This document shows, piece by piece, positions 38,984 through 50,436 of a stretch of 64,000 nucleotides of DNA. Source of the DNA: Candidatus Nomurabacteria bacterium. GTDB lineage: Bacteria; Patescibacteriota; Minisyncoccia; Phycocordibacterales; UBA9973. Made by a program: the position numbers and the translations under genes. The notes beneath the pieces are model-generated. The model saw nothing but the letters and a program-made list of their open reading frames with translations. It searched no databases and was not told the origin of the DNA. The DNA lies in contig CP064958.1 in assembly GCA_016699085.1 (NCBI GenBank), forward strand, positions 668,619 through 732,618. The letters run 5' to 3'. How positions within the stretch are numbered: the stretch's first letter is position 1; every line of letters begins with the position of its first letter.

Positions 38984-39010
38984 CTGGGAACCGTCAATGG
39001 TTCCCTTTTT
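38984..39010 (+). terminator. rho-independent terminator
   Basis: GGGAACC-gtcaat-GGTTCCC followed by TTTTTT (U-tract on + strand only). Confidence 0.75.
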
Positions 39011-39891
39011 TATTTCATAATTAGTGATTCTTCACAGCTTGCACTACAGTAAGATTCAGTTGCTGATTGAGCACATCCTTCACAGCAAATAAAATGCTTG
39101 TGGCATGCGAGATTAGCACAGTTCACGTATCGTTCAGATTTCTCACCACAACGCTCACATATCCCTATAACGTTGTGTTTTTCTTTATCATTGAAGTGCA
39201 TCGTGATTCGATTATCGAAGACATAGAGACTACCTTCGAAATGCTCCCCAGGATATTTCTCCATAAAGGATACTATGCCACCATCGAGTTGATAGACGTC
39301 CTTAAATCCTTCCCGTTTGAGATATCCTGACGCTTTTTCACAACGTACGCCACCAGTACAAACCGTCAGTACTGTTTTATTTTTCAAATTTGCAATTTCT
39401 TTTACATTCTCTTTGAGATCACGGAAATTCTCCATGCCTGGAAAAACCGTACCCTCAAATTTCCCCACCTTGAGTTCATAGTCATTGCGCATGTCGACGA
39501 CATAGAATTCTTTGCCTTCGTCGTACCATTTCTTGAGCTCGTGTGGCGGTAAATGGGTACCCGTTATAACATTTGGATTGATATCGCCTTCTTCGCCTAA
39601 ATGAAGCGATACGATCTCATCACGTACTTTGATTGATAGCCTCGGGAAAGCTTCGCCAGTACCTACACTTTTTTTCCAATGAATCTGTTTAAAACGCTTC
39701 CTAGATTGCATCCACGTAATATATTTTTCAATATTTTCTGTCATCCCTTCAAAAGTGCCATTGATGCCTTCAGACGCGATTATCATCCGTCCTTTTAGAC
39801 CTAGCACTTCACACACAGCACGTTGTCGTGCCATTTCTTCGTCTGGGTTTTCTATGGGTAGGTATTTGTAGAATAGAATAATCGTATACAT
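39010..39891 (-). CDS. trhO: rhodanese-domain tRNA uridine(34) hydroxylase TrhO/YceA family
   Basis: MYTIILFYKY...ASEGINGT N-terminus, rhodanese CTGGVRCEK active-site loop, Cys-rich C-terminus. Confidence 0.85.
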   Translation of the reverse strand: MYTIILFYKYLPIENPDEEMARQRAVCEVLGLKGRMIIASEGINGTFEGMTENIEKYITWMQSRKRFKQIHWKKSVGTGEAFPRLSIKVRDEIVSLHLGEEGDINPNVITGTHLPPHELKKWYDEGKEFYVVDMRNDYELKVGKFEGTVFPGMENFRDLKENVKEIANLKNKTVLTVCTGGVRCEKASGYLKREGFKDVYQLDGGIVSFMEKYPGEHFEGSLYVFDNRITMHFNDKEKHNVIGICERCGEKSERYVNCANLACHKHFICCEGCAQSATESYCSASCEESLIMK

Positions 39892-39970
39892 ACGGTTACT
39901 ATAGCTTTTTTGTTTACTTTTCTAAACTTGACAAAATAATTATTAAAATGCAGTATTAAGGAAACTTTGT

Positions 39971-40408
39971 ATGGCATTACAACTGAAGAAGCCAATTCAT
40001 CCTGACCTTTGGCTGGTCAGTACATATGTTGCACAGATTGAGCAATGGTCTAAAACAAACAACCTATTGCATGATGAGGTTAAGAGTAACAAAAAAATCC
40101 TCATTAAGGCTGTGCAGATTAGTAATGGTTATTGTTGCAATAGGCTCCCTAAAAAGAAAGAAGTTAAGGAAGTTTTAAAGGAATTATTAAAATTGATGCT
40201 ATTTTGTACAATTCATTTTAAATTAAATGGCAAAACAATTGCAGATGCTACTGTTGAAAGATTGATTATAATTTTCAAAGCAATAGCAGAGACCAACACT
40301 CTTTTTTCTGGTCCTAAAGGATTTAGTTTGTTTATGTTCCTTTTGTATATAATCCTTGGGAATTTATTATTGAAAATAAGAAGCCCCGGCAATCCGGGTT
40401 TAGTTTAA
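39971..40408 (+). CDS. hypothetical protein
   Basis: 145 aa stand-alone unit with own putative promoter (TTGACA 39927) and downstream terminator; no recognisable domain. Confidence 0.4.
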   Translation: MALQLKKPIHPDLWLVSTYVAQIEQWSKTNNLLHDEVKSNKKILIKAVQISNGYCCNRLPKKKEVKEVLKELLKLMLFCTIHFKLNGKTIADATVERLIIIFKAIAETNTLFSGPKGFSLFMFLLYIILGNLLLKIRSPGNPGLV

Positions 40409-40423
40409 AAAAGTACCACCCTC

Positions 40424-40458
40424 AAGCGTCGATCGAAATTGGTTGACGCTTTTTATTT
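40424..40458. terminator. rho-independent terminator
   Basis: GCGTC-gatcgaaattggtt-GACGC followed by TTTTTATTTT. Confidence 0.6.
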
Positions 40459-40884
40459 TCTGTATTTCTTACTTCTCCACTTGTCCGCTATTTTTACTCT
40501 ATTGAGTGAGCGTTCGAGTTCCGCCTCGAAGTGTTCAAAGTCGACATCGGACTCGTTCTTCATTTTCATGAGCTCTTCTGCTCGTTTCTTTGCTCGTTCA
40601 ATATCGATCTGAGCTACAGGCTCGGCGGTACTCGCAAGGATTATTATTTCGCTACCTGACTTTACTTCGACAAAGCCTCCGGAAACTGACATTGGGGAAA
40701 CTTCACCTTCTCCTATGTGTTTTGCCACAATTTCTCCTGTGCCAAGAGAAGCAATAAGTGGCACATGCCCTGGCAGTACTGTTATCTCCCCTTCAGTTGT
40801 AGGAAGGGTTACTTGTTCCACCTCTTCTTCGAGAATCATACGCTCAGGAGTAACTATCTTCAGTTTTAGTGTTTTAGTTGACAT
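40453..40884 (-). CDS. atpC: F1 ATP synthase subunit epsilon
   Basis: KLKIVTPERMILEEEVEQVTLPTTEGEITVLPGHVPLI signature. Confidence 0.92.
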   Translation of the reverse strand: MSTKTLKLKIVTPERMILEEEVEQVTLPTTEGEITVLPGHVPLIASLGTGEIVAKHIGEGEVSPMSVSGGFVEVKSGSEIIILASTAEPVAQIDIERAKKRAEELMKMKNESDVDFEHFEAELERSLNRVKIADKWRSKKYRK

Positions 40885-40932
40885 ATCAATATTAATAATG
40901 TAAGATTTTTGAAAACAATTAAATAAAGAAAC

Positions 40933-41184
40933 ATGAATCTACTCTATCTTGGTCCACTTTCAGTGCTAGTAATCTTAAGCCTTATGTGCCTGTCATACTA
41001 TTATGATCAGAGAAGTAAGAAATTAAAGGAATTCAGAGAACACGGTATATTTGGTGTAATTATTACAGGTTCGCCTTATTACCAGAAATCTGAAAACTGT
41101 ATCAATCTAGGAAAACTTCTGACTACTCTTCTGGTACTAACCTATTGTATTAGTCTGCTACTTTGGGCATTAGGTCTTAATTGA
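40933..41184 (+). CDS. small membrane protein (opposite strand, inside atp locus)
   Basis: 83 aa, N- and C-terminal hydrophobic helices; followed by hairpin plus T6. Confidence 0.4.
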   Translation: MNLLYLGPLSVLVILSLMCLSYYYDQRSKKLKEFREHGIFGVIITGSPYYQKSENCINLGKLLTTLLVLTYCISLLLWALGLN

Positions 41185-41329
41185 TCTCAAATGATTCCTA
41201 ACTTTCTTTAATTTTAACACACTCAGTAATGGGGGTGTTTTTTACATTGCTCCCCTCATGTAAAAATCCTGCTCCCCTTTCTCATCATGCCCGCCCGCCA
41301 GAGTACTGACATTCGGGTAAACTTGCCAT

Positions 41330-42936
<1,607 letters not shown>

Positions 42937-42939
42937 ATA

Positions 42940-43821
42940 TTAACTCACACTTGCCATACCGGCACTGATTTCTGATATTTCTTGGGTAATTGATGCTTGG
43001 CGGGCCTTGTTGAATACTAGTGTCAATTCATCAATAATCTCCCCTGCTGCATCACTCGCATTCTTCATGGCTATCATACGCGAAGATTGCTCAGATGCAA
43101 TAGATTCGAGAAGCATTTGGTATATGTGCATGCGAGACAAGTCTTCGATCAGATCTATAATCAATGATTCACTATTGGGCTCAAAGATATATTCTCCTTG
43201 GCTTTTTATCCCACCATCGAGCGCAAGTGTAGCATCAGCGATTTCACTTTTTGATACAGGTAGGAGTTGCACATTCTTTGGTACTTGCGAAAGTGCTGAG
43301 ACATAATCTGTATAGAGCACATGCACATGGTCGTAGCCTTCTTTTTCGAATTCTGCAATTGCAAGGTTTGCTATTGGCAGCACGTCTGCAAGTCTTGGTG
43401 CATCTGGCAGATCTGGAAATGTTGCAATGACATTTTGTCCAAGGCGCCTTAGTGCGGCCTCACCTTTCTTGCCGATTGTGATGAATGCATATGACTCACC
43501 TGCGTGATGCTTGATGAATTCCATGACGAGACGAAAAACTTGAGTGTTGTATGCACCACAAAGCCCTCGATTCGACGTAATGACGATAGCAAGCTCCTTT
43601 TTTCCCTTCTTCTCGACAAGGTATGGATGCGTCGAGTTCTTGATCGAGTCCGCTACGCGCGCCAAGACTTCTTGGGAATACTTCGCATAATGGCGTGACT
43701 GCAATGTCTGATTCACTGCTTTCTTCATCTTCGAAGCAGCCACAAGCTCCATGGCCTTGGTGATCTTCTTGGTATTACGGATTGACTTAATCCTTCTTTT
43801 TATTTCCTTTCCGACAGCCAT
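42940..43821 (-). CDS. atpG: F1 ATP synthase subunit gamma
   Basis: MAVGKEIKRRIKSIRNTKKITKAMELVAASKMKKA N-terminus and C-terminal helix. Confidence 0.93.
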   Translation of the reverse strand: MAVGKEIKRRIKSIRNTKKITKAMELVAASKMKKAVNQTLQSRHYAKYSQEVLARVADSIKNSTHPYLVEKKGKKELAIVITSNRGLCGAYNTQVFRLVMEFIKHHAGESYAFITIGKKGEAALRRLGQNVIATFPDLPDAPRLADVLPIANLAIAEFEKEGYDHVHVLYTDYVSALSQVPKNVQLLPVSKSEIADATLALDGGIKSQGEYIFEPNSESLIIDLIEDLSRMHIYQMLLESIASEQSSRMIAMKNASDAAGEIIDELTLVFNKARQASITQEISEISAGMASVS

Positions 43822-43828
43822 ATAATAT

Positions 43829-44008
43829 TTATTGAAACATACTTGGATTAATGAAGTATGGAACCAAGACAGCTAACAGTAAGATAATTACTAAAATGAC
43901 TATTCCAATTAATCCATATTTTTTTGATAAATCATCGAAAACAGGAGCTATCCGAACAAGGTATCTTCTGTTTAATTTGAATGATTTAATCTCTTTATCT
44001 TCAGTCAT
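43829..44008 (-). CDS. small membrane protein (59 aa) between atpA and atpG
   Basis: MTEDKEIKSF...GLIGIVILVIILLLAVLVPYF single C-terminal TM; below the 60 aa cutoff of the ORF track; 7 nt before the atpG start, 13 nt after the atpA stop. Confidence 0.4.
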   Translation of the reverse strand: MTEDKEIKSFKLNRRYLVRIAPVFDDLSKKYGLIGIVILVIILLLAVLVPYFINPSMFQ

Positions 44009-44021
44009 ATATTTAAATCAT

Positions 44022-45521
44022 TTAGTTAAACGTTGTTTTATGTTCTCCAATTACTTTCTTAAGCAATACTTCCCCACTTTCACTCCACATACCATCCTTC
44101 TTCACTTCATCTAAGAATTGCTTTGCATTTGATTCTACGTAGTCGATAAGCCCTTCTTCGAATTCTTTGATCTTGGACATTGGCACAGTATCCAAATATC
44201 CTTTCGTCAGTGCATAGAGGACGATGACTTGATGTTCAACCTTCATTGGAGAATACTGAAGCTGCTTCAAAAGCTCTGTAGCTCTGCGACCGCGTTCGAT
44301 CGTGGCTTTGGTAGCTTCATCGAGATCTGAGCCGAATTGTGAGAATGCTTCGAGTTCTCGGAACTGTGCTAGATCAAGCTTAAGTGTTCCTGAGACCTTT
44401 TTCATAGCTTTGATCTGAGCAGCACTACCCACACGAGATACTGAGAAACCAACGTTCACCGCTGGACGAATACCTTTGTAGAACAGATCAGTCTCAAGGA
44501 ATATTTGTCCGTCAGTAATAGAGATCACGTTCGTTGGAATGTACGCTGAAATATCACCAGCTTGTGTTTCGATAATTGGTAACGCTGTGATCGATCCACC
44601 ACCAAAGTCTTTATTGAGCCTGCAGGCACGCTCAAGTAATCTTGAGTGTAAATAGAAGACATCTCCAGGATATGCCTCACGGCCTGGTGGACGACGAAGG
44701 AGGAGTGAGATTTCACGATATGCAACAGCATGCTTTGAAAGATCATCGTAAATGATTAAGACATCTTTGCCTTGATCGAGGAAGAATTCCGCAAGTGCGA
44801 CCCCTGAATACGGTGCGATATATTGCATAGCTGCAGGTGCTGATGCACTCGCCGATACCATAATCGTATAGTCCATAGCTCCTGCTTCACGAAGTCGTGT
44901 TTCGATTTTCCTGAGTTTTGAATCTTTTTGACCGATCGCCACATATACACAGATCATGTCTTGGCCTTTTTGGTTGAGAATCGTATCAATAGCAATAGCA
45001 GTCTTACCGGTCTGACGATCGCCAATGATGAGCTCACGCTGACCGCGACCGATAGGGATAAGTGCATCGATAGACTTGATACCGGTTTGCACAGGCTGTG
45101 TCACTGATTCGCGAGTTATGACGCCCGGTGCTACTTTCTCGATCGGATAGGTCTTGGAGTTTGCGATTGCGCCACGTCCATCAATAGGCTGGCCGAGTGC
45201 ATCTACGACACGTCCGATGAATGCTTCACCTACTGGAATATCAAGGATACGACCAGTAGCCTTCACTTCATCGCCTTCTTTGATACTTTCATAATTACCA
45301 AGAATGATCACTCCAACAAAATCTTCTTCGAGGTTAAGTGCAACTCCAATCTGCCCAGCTGGAAATGTCACCATTTCTGATGCCTTGATATCACGAAGTC
45401 CTGTGATACGAGCAATGCCGTCGAAAACTTCTGCAACAATGCCGACCTTCTCTCCCCCTTCAGTGAGCTTGAGATTTTCAATTTCTTTTCTTAAATTTTC
45501 GACAACAAAGTTTGATGACAT
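44022..45521 (-). CDS. atpA: F1 ATP synthase subunit alpha
   Basis: GDRQTGKT Walker A, 499 aa. Confidence 0.97.
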   Translation of the reverse strand: MSSNFVVENLRKEIENLKLTEGGEKVGIVAEVFDGIARITGLRDIKASEMVTFPAGQIGVALNLEEDFVGVIILGNYESIKEGDEVKATGRILDIPVGEAFIGRVVDALGQPIDGRGAIANSKTYPIEKVAPGVITRESVTQPVQTGIKSIDALIPIGRGQRELIIGDRQTGKTAIAIDTILNQKGQDMICVYVAIGQKDSKLRKIETRLREAGAMDYTIMVSASASAPAAMQYIAPYSGVALAEFFLDQGKDVLIIYDDLSKHAVAYREISLLLRRPPGREAYPGDVFYLHSRLLERACRLNKDFGGGSITALPIIETQAGDISAYIPTNVISITDGQIFLETDLFYKGIRPAVNVGFSVSRVGSAAQIKAMKKVSGTLKLDLAQFRELEAFSQFGSDLDEATKATIERGRRATELLKQLQYSPMKVEHQVIVLYALTKGYLDTVPMSKIKEFEEGLIDYVESNAKQFLDEVKKDGMWSESGEVLLKKVIGEHKTTFN

Positions 45522-45560
45522 AGTATAGTTAATAGTGAGTAGTAATTAGTGAATAGTAAA

Positions 45561-45968
45561 TCATTTAGTAAACAGGGCTTGTAACTGTTCCAGTCTACCA
45601 GCTAGTGTGTAGTCATACACTATATCTCCGATCTTGATTTTCATACCACCAATGTTTTTCTGATCGATTATTTCATTGATGGCAACTTTATCTACTTTAT
45701 ATTTTTTCTTGAGTTCTTGTTCGAGGTTTTCTCTGTCATCATTTTCTAATTCTGTAACTGTAGAGATACTAATGTTTAAAATATTATGTTTCTTTGCATA
45801 AAGCTCTTCATATCGCTCAATAATCCTATTCAAATTCCCTGCTTGACCACTTTTTATTAAAAGCTTTGCAAAAGCATGGATTACTTTCTCTATTTCTGCA
45901 TGCGTCTTACCTTCAGTTGTTTGAAGCAAAGTCTCTGCCAGATCAGTTGTCTTAATACGTTTCGTCAT
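45561..45968 (-). CDS. atpH: F1 ATP synthase subunit delta (short form)
   Basis: C-terminus IDQKNIGGMKIKIGDIVYDYTLAGRLEQL matches delta/OSCP; only 135 aa. Confidence 0.7.
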   Translation of the reverse strand: MTKRIKTTDLAETLLQTTEGKTHAEIEKVIHAFAKLLIKSGQAGNLNRIIERYEELYAKKHNILNISISTVTELENDDRENLEQELKKKYKVDKVAINEIIDQKNIGGMKIKIGDIVYDYTLAGRLEQLQALFTK

Positions 45969-46193
45969 TTAAAAGTTAACTTTATTGAATAAGTATACAA
46001 ATATGGTTGCCTTTCCGTTTCCTTCGCAAGGTTTATAATAACCATCTTCAATTTCTTCTTGTGAAGGAATGTACGGGAGTGATCGAAGCATGGTACATTC
46101 AACACTTTGGGTATTGTCGATCTTAATAATTGGTATTTTAAAAACAATAATAATTCCAATTATAACTAAGCAAATAATAAGAAATTTTTTCAT
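45969..46193 (-). CDS. small secreted/membrane protein between atpF and atpH
   Basis: 74 aa; MKKFLIICLVIIGIIIVF signal/TM; 1 nt after the atpF stop and abutting the atpH start. Confidence 0.45.
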   Translation of the reverse strand: MKKFLIICLVIIGIIIVFKIPIIKIDNTQSVECTMLRSLPYIPSQEEIEDGYYKPCEGNGKATIFVYLFNKVNF

Positions 46194-46194
46194 A

Positions 46195-46692
46195 TTACTT
46201 TAATTCTTTTACTGCATTATCGACTAATGCTGCATCAATCTTTGGTGTCATTGTACCAGTCAAAACTTTCTCTGTTGCAGAAATTACTAAATTCCCAAGC
46301 TCTTTCTTTGCATCATCAAGCATTTTCTGCTTCTCAGCTTCGAGACTTGCTTTACCATTTTTCATGAGTGCTTCTACGTCAGCTTCAGCAACTTTGAGTA
46401 GTTCAGCACGCTTCTGATCTGCATTTCTCTTTGCATCAGTTAGTATATCTGCACCTTCTCTGCGAGCTTGAGCTAACGCTTCGTCATAGGCTTTCTGTGT
46501 GTTTGCTAGAAGTATTGCATTTTCCTGACCTTGTGCTAAACCTTCTGCAATTTTATGAGACCGTTCATCCATAAGCTTTCTGATTGGCTTGATAGCAAAA
46601 TACCAAAGCGCAAGAAACACAATGCCGAAATTAATCGCCTGTGCGAGCATAATTTTCCAGTCTATGTGAAATGTAGAAATAAGAGAGTCCAT
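46195..46692 (-). CDS. atpF: Fo ATP synthase subunit b
   Basis: single N-terminal TM then long charged helix with the AEA.R.EA pattern. Confidence 0.9.
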   Translation of the reverse strand: MDSLISTFHIDWKIMLAQAINFGIVFLALWYFAIKPIRKLMDERSHKIAEGLAQGQENAILLANTQKAYDEALAQARREGADILTDAKRNADQKRAELLKVAEADVEALMKNGKASLEAEKQKMLDDAKKELGNLVISATEKVLTGTMTPKIDAALVDNAVKELK

Positions 46693-46721
46693 ACTATTCG
46701 CTGTTCACTATTTACTTTTTA

Positions 46722-46985
<264 letters not shown>

Positions 46986-47040
46986 TTATAATGTAGATGT
47001 TCTCTATCGGCGAATACCTCGTCAAGAGAGAACAGTTACA

Positions 47041-47922
47041 TTAATGTTTTTCTGCATGAGCTTCATCATGATCCTCTGATGCAATAGAGAAATAGACCAA
47101 CGTAAGCATTGAAAAAATGAGTGCTTGGATAAGTCCAACAAAAATTTCAAGACCAATAAATGGAATCGGCAAGACATATGCGAGGAGCGCTGCCATCGAA
47201 GCTAAGAGCACTTCTCCAGCAAAGACATTACCAAAAAGACGAAACGAAAGTGATGCGACTTTTGCGGCTTCACCAACAAGCTCAAGAACGCCAACAAAGA
47301 ACATGACTGGTGCAACCATAAGAATACTTGGATCTTTGCGAACGTCGGTAAAAACTTTGCCAAACGCCTTCAGATTAACATATTTATTGAATGTTTTCCA
47401 GGCGCCAATTGAGAGAATGCCAAACAGATTAGAGCCAAGCACTGCCATTACTGCAAGTGCAAGTGTCGTATTAATATCTGCTGTTCCGCTACGTAAAAAT
47501 GGCAAGAAGGCACTTTCACCACCATGCTCGGCAACTAAACCAAAAGCGCCAAGTGGCAATATACCTAACCAGTTGTTGATGAGGATAAAGAAAAATACTG
47601 CGAGTGCAATAGGGAAAATTTTGAGCGATTTTGCACGATTGCCAGTGATTTGATCAGTAAGATCAAGAGTCTGCTCTATAATTACTTCAAACAATGTCTG
47701 AAGTTTACTTGGCACCTTTTTAATGCTAAACCTCACGGCAATAGCCAAGATCACAATAATACCTACCGCGATCCAACTCGTAAGAAGTGCGTTTGTTATT
47801 GTGAAGTTACCAATATGCCCGATCGGCTCGGCATATATCGTCACCTCATGAACAATTTCGTGTGAAGTATCCGTAGTATGTAGCTCGGTTTCGTTATCTA
47901 AAATTTCGTTTTCGTTATGCAT
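47041..47922 (-). CDS. atpB: Fo ATP synthase subunit a
   Basis: LSFRLFGNVFAGE conserved Arg helix, 5-6 TM. Confidence 0.92.
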   Translation of the reverse strand: MHNENEILDNETELHTTDTSHEIVHEVTIYAEPIGHIGNFTITNALLTSWIAVGIIVILAIAVRFSIKKVPSKLQTLFEVIIEQTLDLTDQITGNRAKSLKIFPIALAVFFFILINNWLGILPLGAFGLVAEHGGESAFLPFLRSGTADINTTLALAVMAVLGSNLFGILSIGAWKTFNKYVNLKAFGKVFTDVRKDPSILMVAPVMFFVGVLELVGEAAKVASLSFRLFGNVFAGEVLLASMAALLAYVLPIPFIGLEIFVGLIQALIFSMLTLVYFSIASEDHDEAHAEKH

Positions 47923-48166
47923 GTGTTTGATTGTCGTTGTCTTTAAGAGTTTGCAAATACTTTTTTATTACCTTGAGAATACCGAAAATAGAGATGAAAA
48001 ACGCCAATCCAGTAAGCCCGAGAAATATCCATGGTTCTGTGCCAAAAGTTCGATCTAGATATTTCCCAACGAATAAAGCAACAACAATTGGGATAGCGAC
48101 CCACGTGCTTACTCGCCCAAATATAACGAGTGAGTCATACCACCATGGTTTTTGTTTTTTATCCAT
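47915..48166 (-). CDS. AtpZ/AtpI-like small membrane protein
   Basis: two TM, position as first gene of the atp operon; start trimmed to MDKKQKPWW because the longer ORF overlaps the tRNA-like fragment. Confidence 0.55.
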   Translation of the reverse strand: MDKKQKPWWYDSLVIFGRVSTWVAIPIVVALFVGKYLDRTFGTEPWIFLGLTGLAFFISIFGILKVIKKYLQTLKDNDNQTHA

Positions 48167-48185
48167 AAACACAAACGACAGTTTG

Positions 48186-48252
48186 TGGTGCGTGTGGAAG
48201 GAATCGAACCTTCGACCTCCCGCCAAAGGCGGGCAAGCTGTCTTATAACTGG
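48186..48252 (-). pseudogene. truncated tRNA-Ile 3'-half copy with 19 nt hairpin insertion
   Basis: ...TTATAAGACAG[CTTGCCCGCCTTTGGCGGG]AGGTCGAAGGTTCGATTCCTTCCACACGCACCA: 3' 36 nt identical to neighbouring tRNA-Ile; no 5' acceptor strand. Confidence 0.6.
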
Positions 48253-48260
48253 AAGTGAAT

Positions 48261-48395
48261 TTTCAAATCAATAAAAGTTACCGCCCTGCGTGCGTGTGGA
48301 AGGAATCGAACCTTCGACCTCTGTCTTATCAGGACAGCGTTCTACCACTGAACTACACACGCACGCAAGAAACTAATACTTTTATTGATTTGAAA
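48261..48395. repeat. 18 bp perfect inverted repeats bracketing tRNA-Ile
   Basis: TTTCAAATCAATAAAAGT at 48261-48278 and its reverse complement at 48378-48395. Confidence 0.85.
48291..48362 (-). tRNA. tRNA-Ile (anticodon GAT)
   Basis: manual cloverleaf: acceptor GCGTGTG/CACACGC, D-arm GTTC-AGTGGTA-GAAC, anticodon arm CTGTC-CTGATAA-GACAG, T-arm GAAGG-TTCGATT-CCTTC, discriminator A. Confidence 0.88.
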
Positions 48396-48528
48396 TGAGC
48401 GAACCAGTTATATAGAACTGAACCCCGCCCGACTGAATGACTTCAGTCATTCGGGCTGGTACACACGCAAAAGAAAAGGTGCCACGTCTGGCACAAAAAC
48501 TATAGCAAAAATGCCCCATTTGAGCAAC

Positions 48529-48570
48529 AAAAAGCACCCGTGCTTTCGCTTGGGTGCTTTTTGATTTTTG
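48529..48570. terminator. bidirectional terminator after RRM gene
   Basis: GCACCC-gtgctttcgctt-GGGTGC flanked by A/T runs. Confidence 0.7.
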
Positions 48571-48576
48571 AGGAGA

Positions 48577-48933
48577 TTAGTAATCCCGTCGGCCGCGACT
48601 AGCGCCACCACCGTAACCACCACCTTGCCCACCACGACTTCCACCACCGTAACCACCTCCGTTTCCAGAGCGAGCTGGGCGATCTTCCATTGGGCGAGCT
48701 TCATTGACGGTAAGATTTCTTCCGCCAAAGTCTTGGCCATTGAACATTTCAATAGCCTTCGCTGCTTCCTCGTCAGAGGCCATTTCAACGAAGCCAAAGC
48801 CTTTTGATCGGCCTGACATTTTATCCATGATAATCGTTGCTGATTCTACAGTACCTGCTTGCTCAAAATGTGATTTGAGTTCTGCATCACTAGTGCTGTA
48901 TGGTAAGCCACCAACGTACAACTTCTTTGCCAT
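48577..48933 (-). CDS. RRM-type RNA-binding protein with Gly-rich tail
   Basis: KLYVGGLPYSTSDAELKSHF...KGFGFVEM RNP1/RNP2 then GGYGGG/RGG repeats; start at MAKKLYVGG. Confidence 0.85.
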   Translation of the reverse strand: MAKKLYVGGLPYSTSDAELKSHFEQAGTVESATIIMDKMSGRSKGFGFVEMASDEEAAKAIEMFNGQDFGGRNLTVNEARPMEDRPARSGNGGGYGGGSRGGQGGGYGGGASRGRRDY

Positions 48934-49133
48934 ATGTGACAATAATTCTGTCCTTTTTAAATAAATAAAAAAGACAATATAACTAATAAGGTAATTGCCT
49001 GAAACCTCATATTTTGCACATACCAAAGCTATGCCTAGGTGGTGAAAACACTTCTTCGGGAAACTACTTGACACACCATAGCATAGTATGTGTAAATATG
49101 CAAGTTTTTACTCACGTAAAAAGTGGAAAACTT

Positions 49134-50102
49134 CTATTCCTCATCAGTTCCAACTGTTCCAGACTCAAGTGCTGCGACAATTTTATCCATATTACCAAGC
49201 ATGATACCAGGAATATTAGACCATGATTGCTTGATCCGGTGATCAGTCACACGGTCTTGTGGGAAATTATACGTCCGAATTTTTTCGCTTCTATCCCCTG
49301 TACCGATTTGGTTCTTGCGCTCGCTAGAATACGTCTTGGCTTCTTCTTCGTCTTTGAGCTGCTGGAGCTTTGCAATCAATATCGACATAGCCTTCTCACG
49401 ATTTTTCAATTGGCTTCGCTCTGAAGTAGAACGCACATCGATGCCAGTTGGCTTGTGAATAAGTCGCACTGCAGTTTCAACTTTGTTGACATTCTGTCCA
49501 CCAGCCCCACCTGAACGCGAATATTCCATATCAAGATCAACCGGATTAATTTCAATTTTGGTTTTCTTTCGTATGGGGAGCACTGCAACTGATGCTGTTG
49601 AGGTATGGATGCGGCCATTCTTCTCTGTTCCAGGAACACGCTGCACGCGATGAACGCCTGTCTCATAGCGGAGCATGCGATAGGCATCTGTACCATTAAT
49701 TTCAAATGATGCTTCTTTGTAACCTCCTGCCTCACTTTGAGATTCATAATTTATTTTCCATGACCAGCCCATTTTAGCAGCATACCTTGAATACATTTCT
49801 GCAAGTTCGTAGGCAAAAAGTGATGCTTCGTCACCGCCGGCACCAGCGCGAATTTCGAGAATGACTTCCCGAGGAAATTCCTCTTCAACTTCATCAGCTT
49901 TGAGAATGCTTTCGAGTTGTATATTGACGGCATCTTTTTCTACTTGCAATGTTTTCATGTCTTCATCTACCAAATCTTTAAGCGTCGGATCTGCACTTAA
50001 CATGGCTGATAATTCGCTCTCCTGGCGCTCCAAACGCTCCAAGTTTTCTATGAGGAAACTTGTTCGGTGATCTTTTTTTAATTCTTCTCTATTTAATTCC
50101 AT
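49134..50102 (-). CDS. prfA: peptide chain release factor 1
   Basis: [13 protein letters not shown] (GGQ), [14 protein letters not shown] (PxT-type tripeptide, RF1-like); uninterrupted, no frameshift site. Confidence 0.8.
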   Translation of the reverse strand: MELNREELKKDHRTSFLIENLERLERQESELSAMLSADPTLKDLVDEDMKTLQVEKDAVNIQLESILKADEVEEEFPREVILEIRAGAGGDEASLFAYELAEMYSRYAAKMGWSWKINYESQSEAGGYKEASFEINGTDAYRMLRYETGVHRVQRVPGTEKNGRIHTSTASVAVLPIRKKTKIEINPVDLDMEYSRSGGAGGQNVNKVETAVRLIHKPTGIDVRSTSERSQLKNREKAMSILIAKLQQLKDEEEAKTYSSERKNQIGTGDRSEKIRTYNFPQDRVTDHRIKQSWSNIPGIMLGNMDKIVAALESGTVGTDEE

Positions 50103-50161
50103 ACTAGTATTGTACCAACAAAAAAGAAACCTTACGAAGGCTCCTTTTTGTTTTGCTAACG

Positions 50162-50368
50162 TTATTTCTTAAGTGCTGCGCGCTTCTTGAATTTATCAAC
50201 GCGACCTGCCGTATCAAGTACTTTTTCGTTGCCAGTATAAAATGGATGACATTGACTGCAGATTTCAACAGTAATTTCATCCATGACTGAACCTACAGCA
50301 AAAACTGCCCCACATGCGCAGGTGACTTTTGCCTTAGAGTTATATTTTGGGTGAATATCTTTTTTCAT
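50162..50368 (-). CDS. rpmE: 50S ribosomal protein L31
   Basis: MKKDIHPKY...C.C...C..CHPFYTG zinc-ribbon L31. Confidence 0.9.
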   Translation of the reverse strand: MKKDIHPKYNSKAKVTCACGAVFAVGSVMDEITVEICSQCHPFYTGNEKVLDTAGRVDKFKKRAALKK

Positions 50369-50436
50369 ATTAGTAAAAATAGCACAGAATTTTTGTCTTT
50401 GCAAGAGCTATATATTGAGCTCAGATTGCTTGTAAA

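Noticed and set aside
40381-40401. Hairpin CCCCGG-caat-CCGGG followed by TTT
   Set aside because: Lies inside the 3' end of ORF 39971-40408. The downstream hairpin at 40424-40458 is the more plausible terminator.
43851-44114. 87 aa + strand ORF between atpG and atpA
   Set aside because: Runs antisense to the 3' end of atpA (44022-44114) and to the 59 aa TM ORF (43829-44008), which fits the operon with tight coupling.
45965-46159. 64 aa ORF in alternative frame between atpF and atpH
   Set aside because: Overlaps the 74 aa ORF 45969-46193. That ORF has a convincing signal peptide and starts directly after the atpF stop.
48447-48807. ORFs 48447-48797 (-) and 48568-48807 (+) with Val/Thr-rich repeats
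   Set aside because: Alternative frames of the Gly-rich GGYGGG tail of the RRM protein, i.e. repeat-driven artefacts.
49134-50102. Release factor called as RF2 with programmed frameshift
   Set aside because: The ORF is uninterrupted and the tripeptide region reads PGT (PxT type) within a GVHRVQRVP context, which fits RF1 rather than RF2 (SPF).
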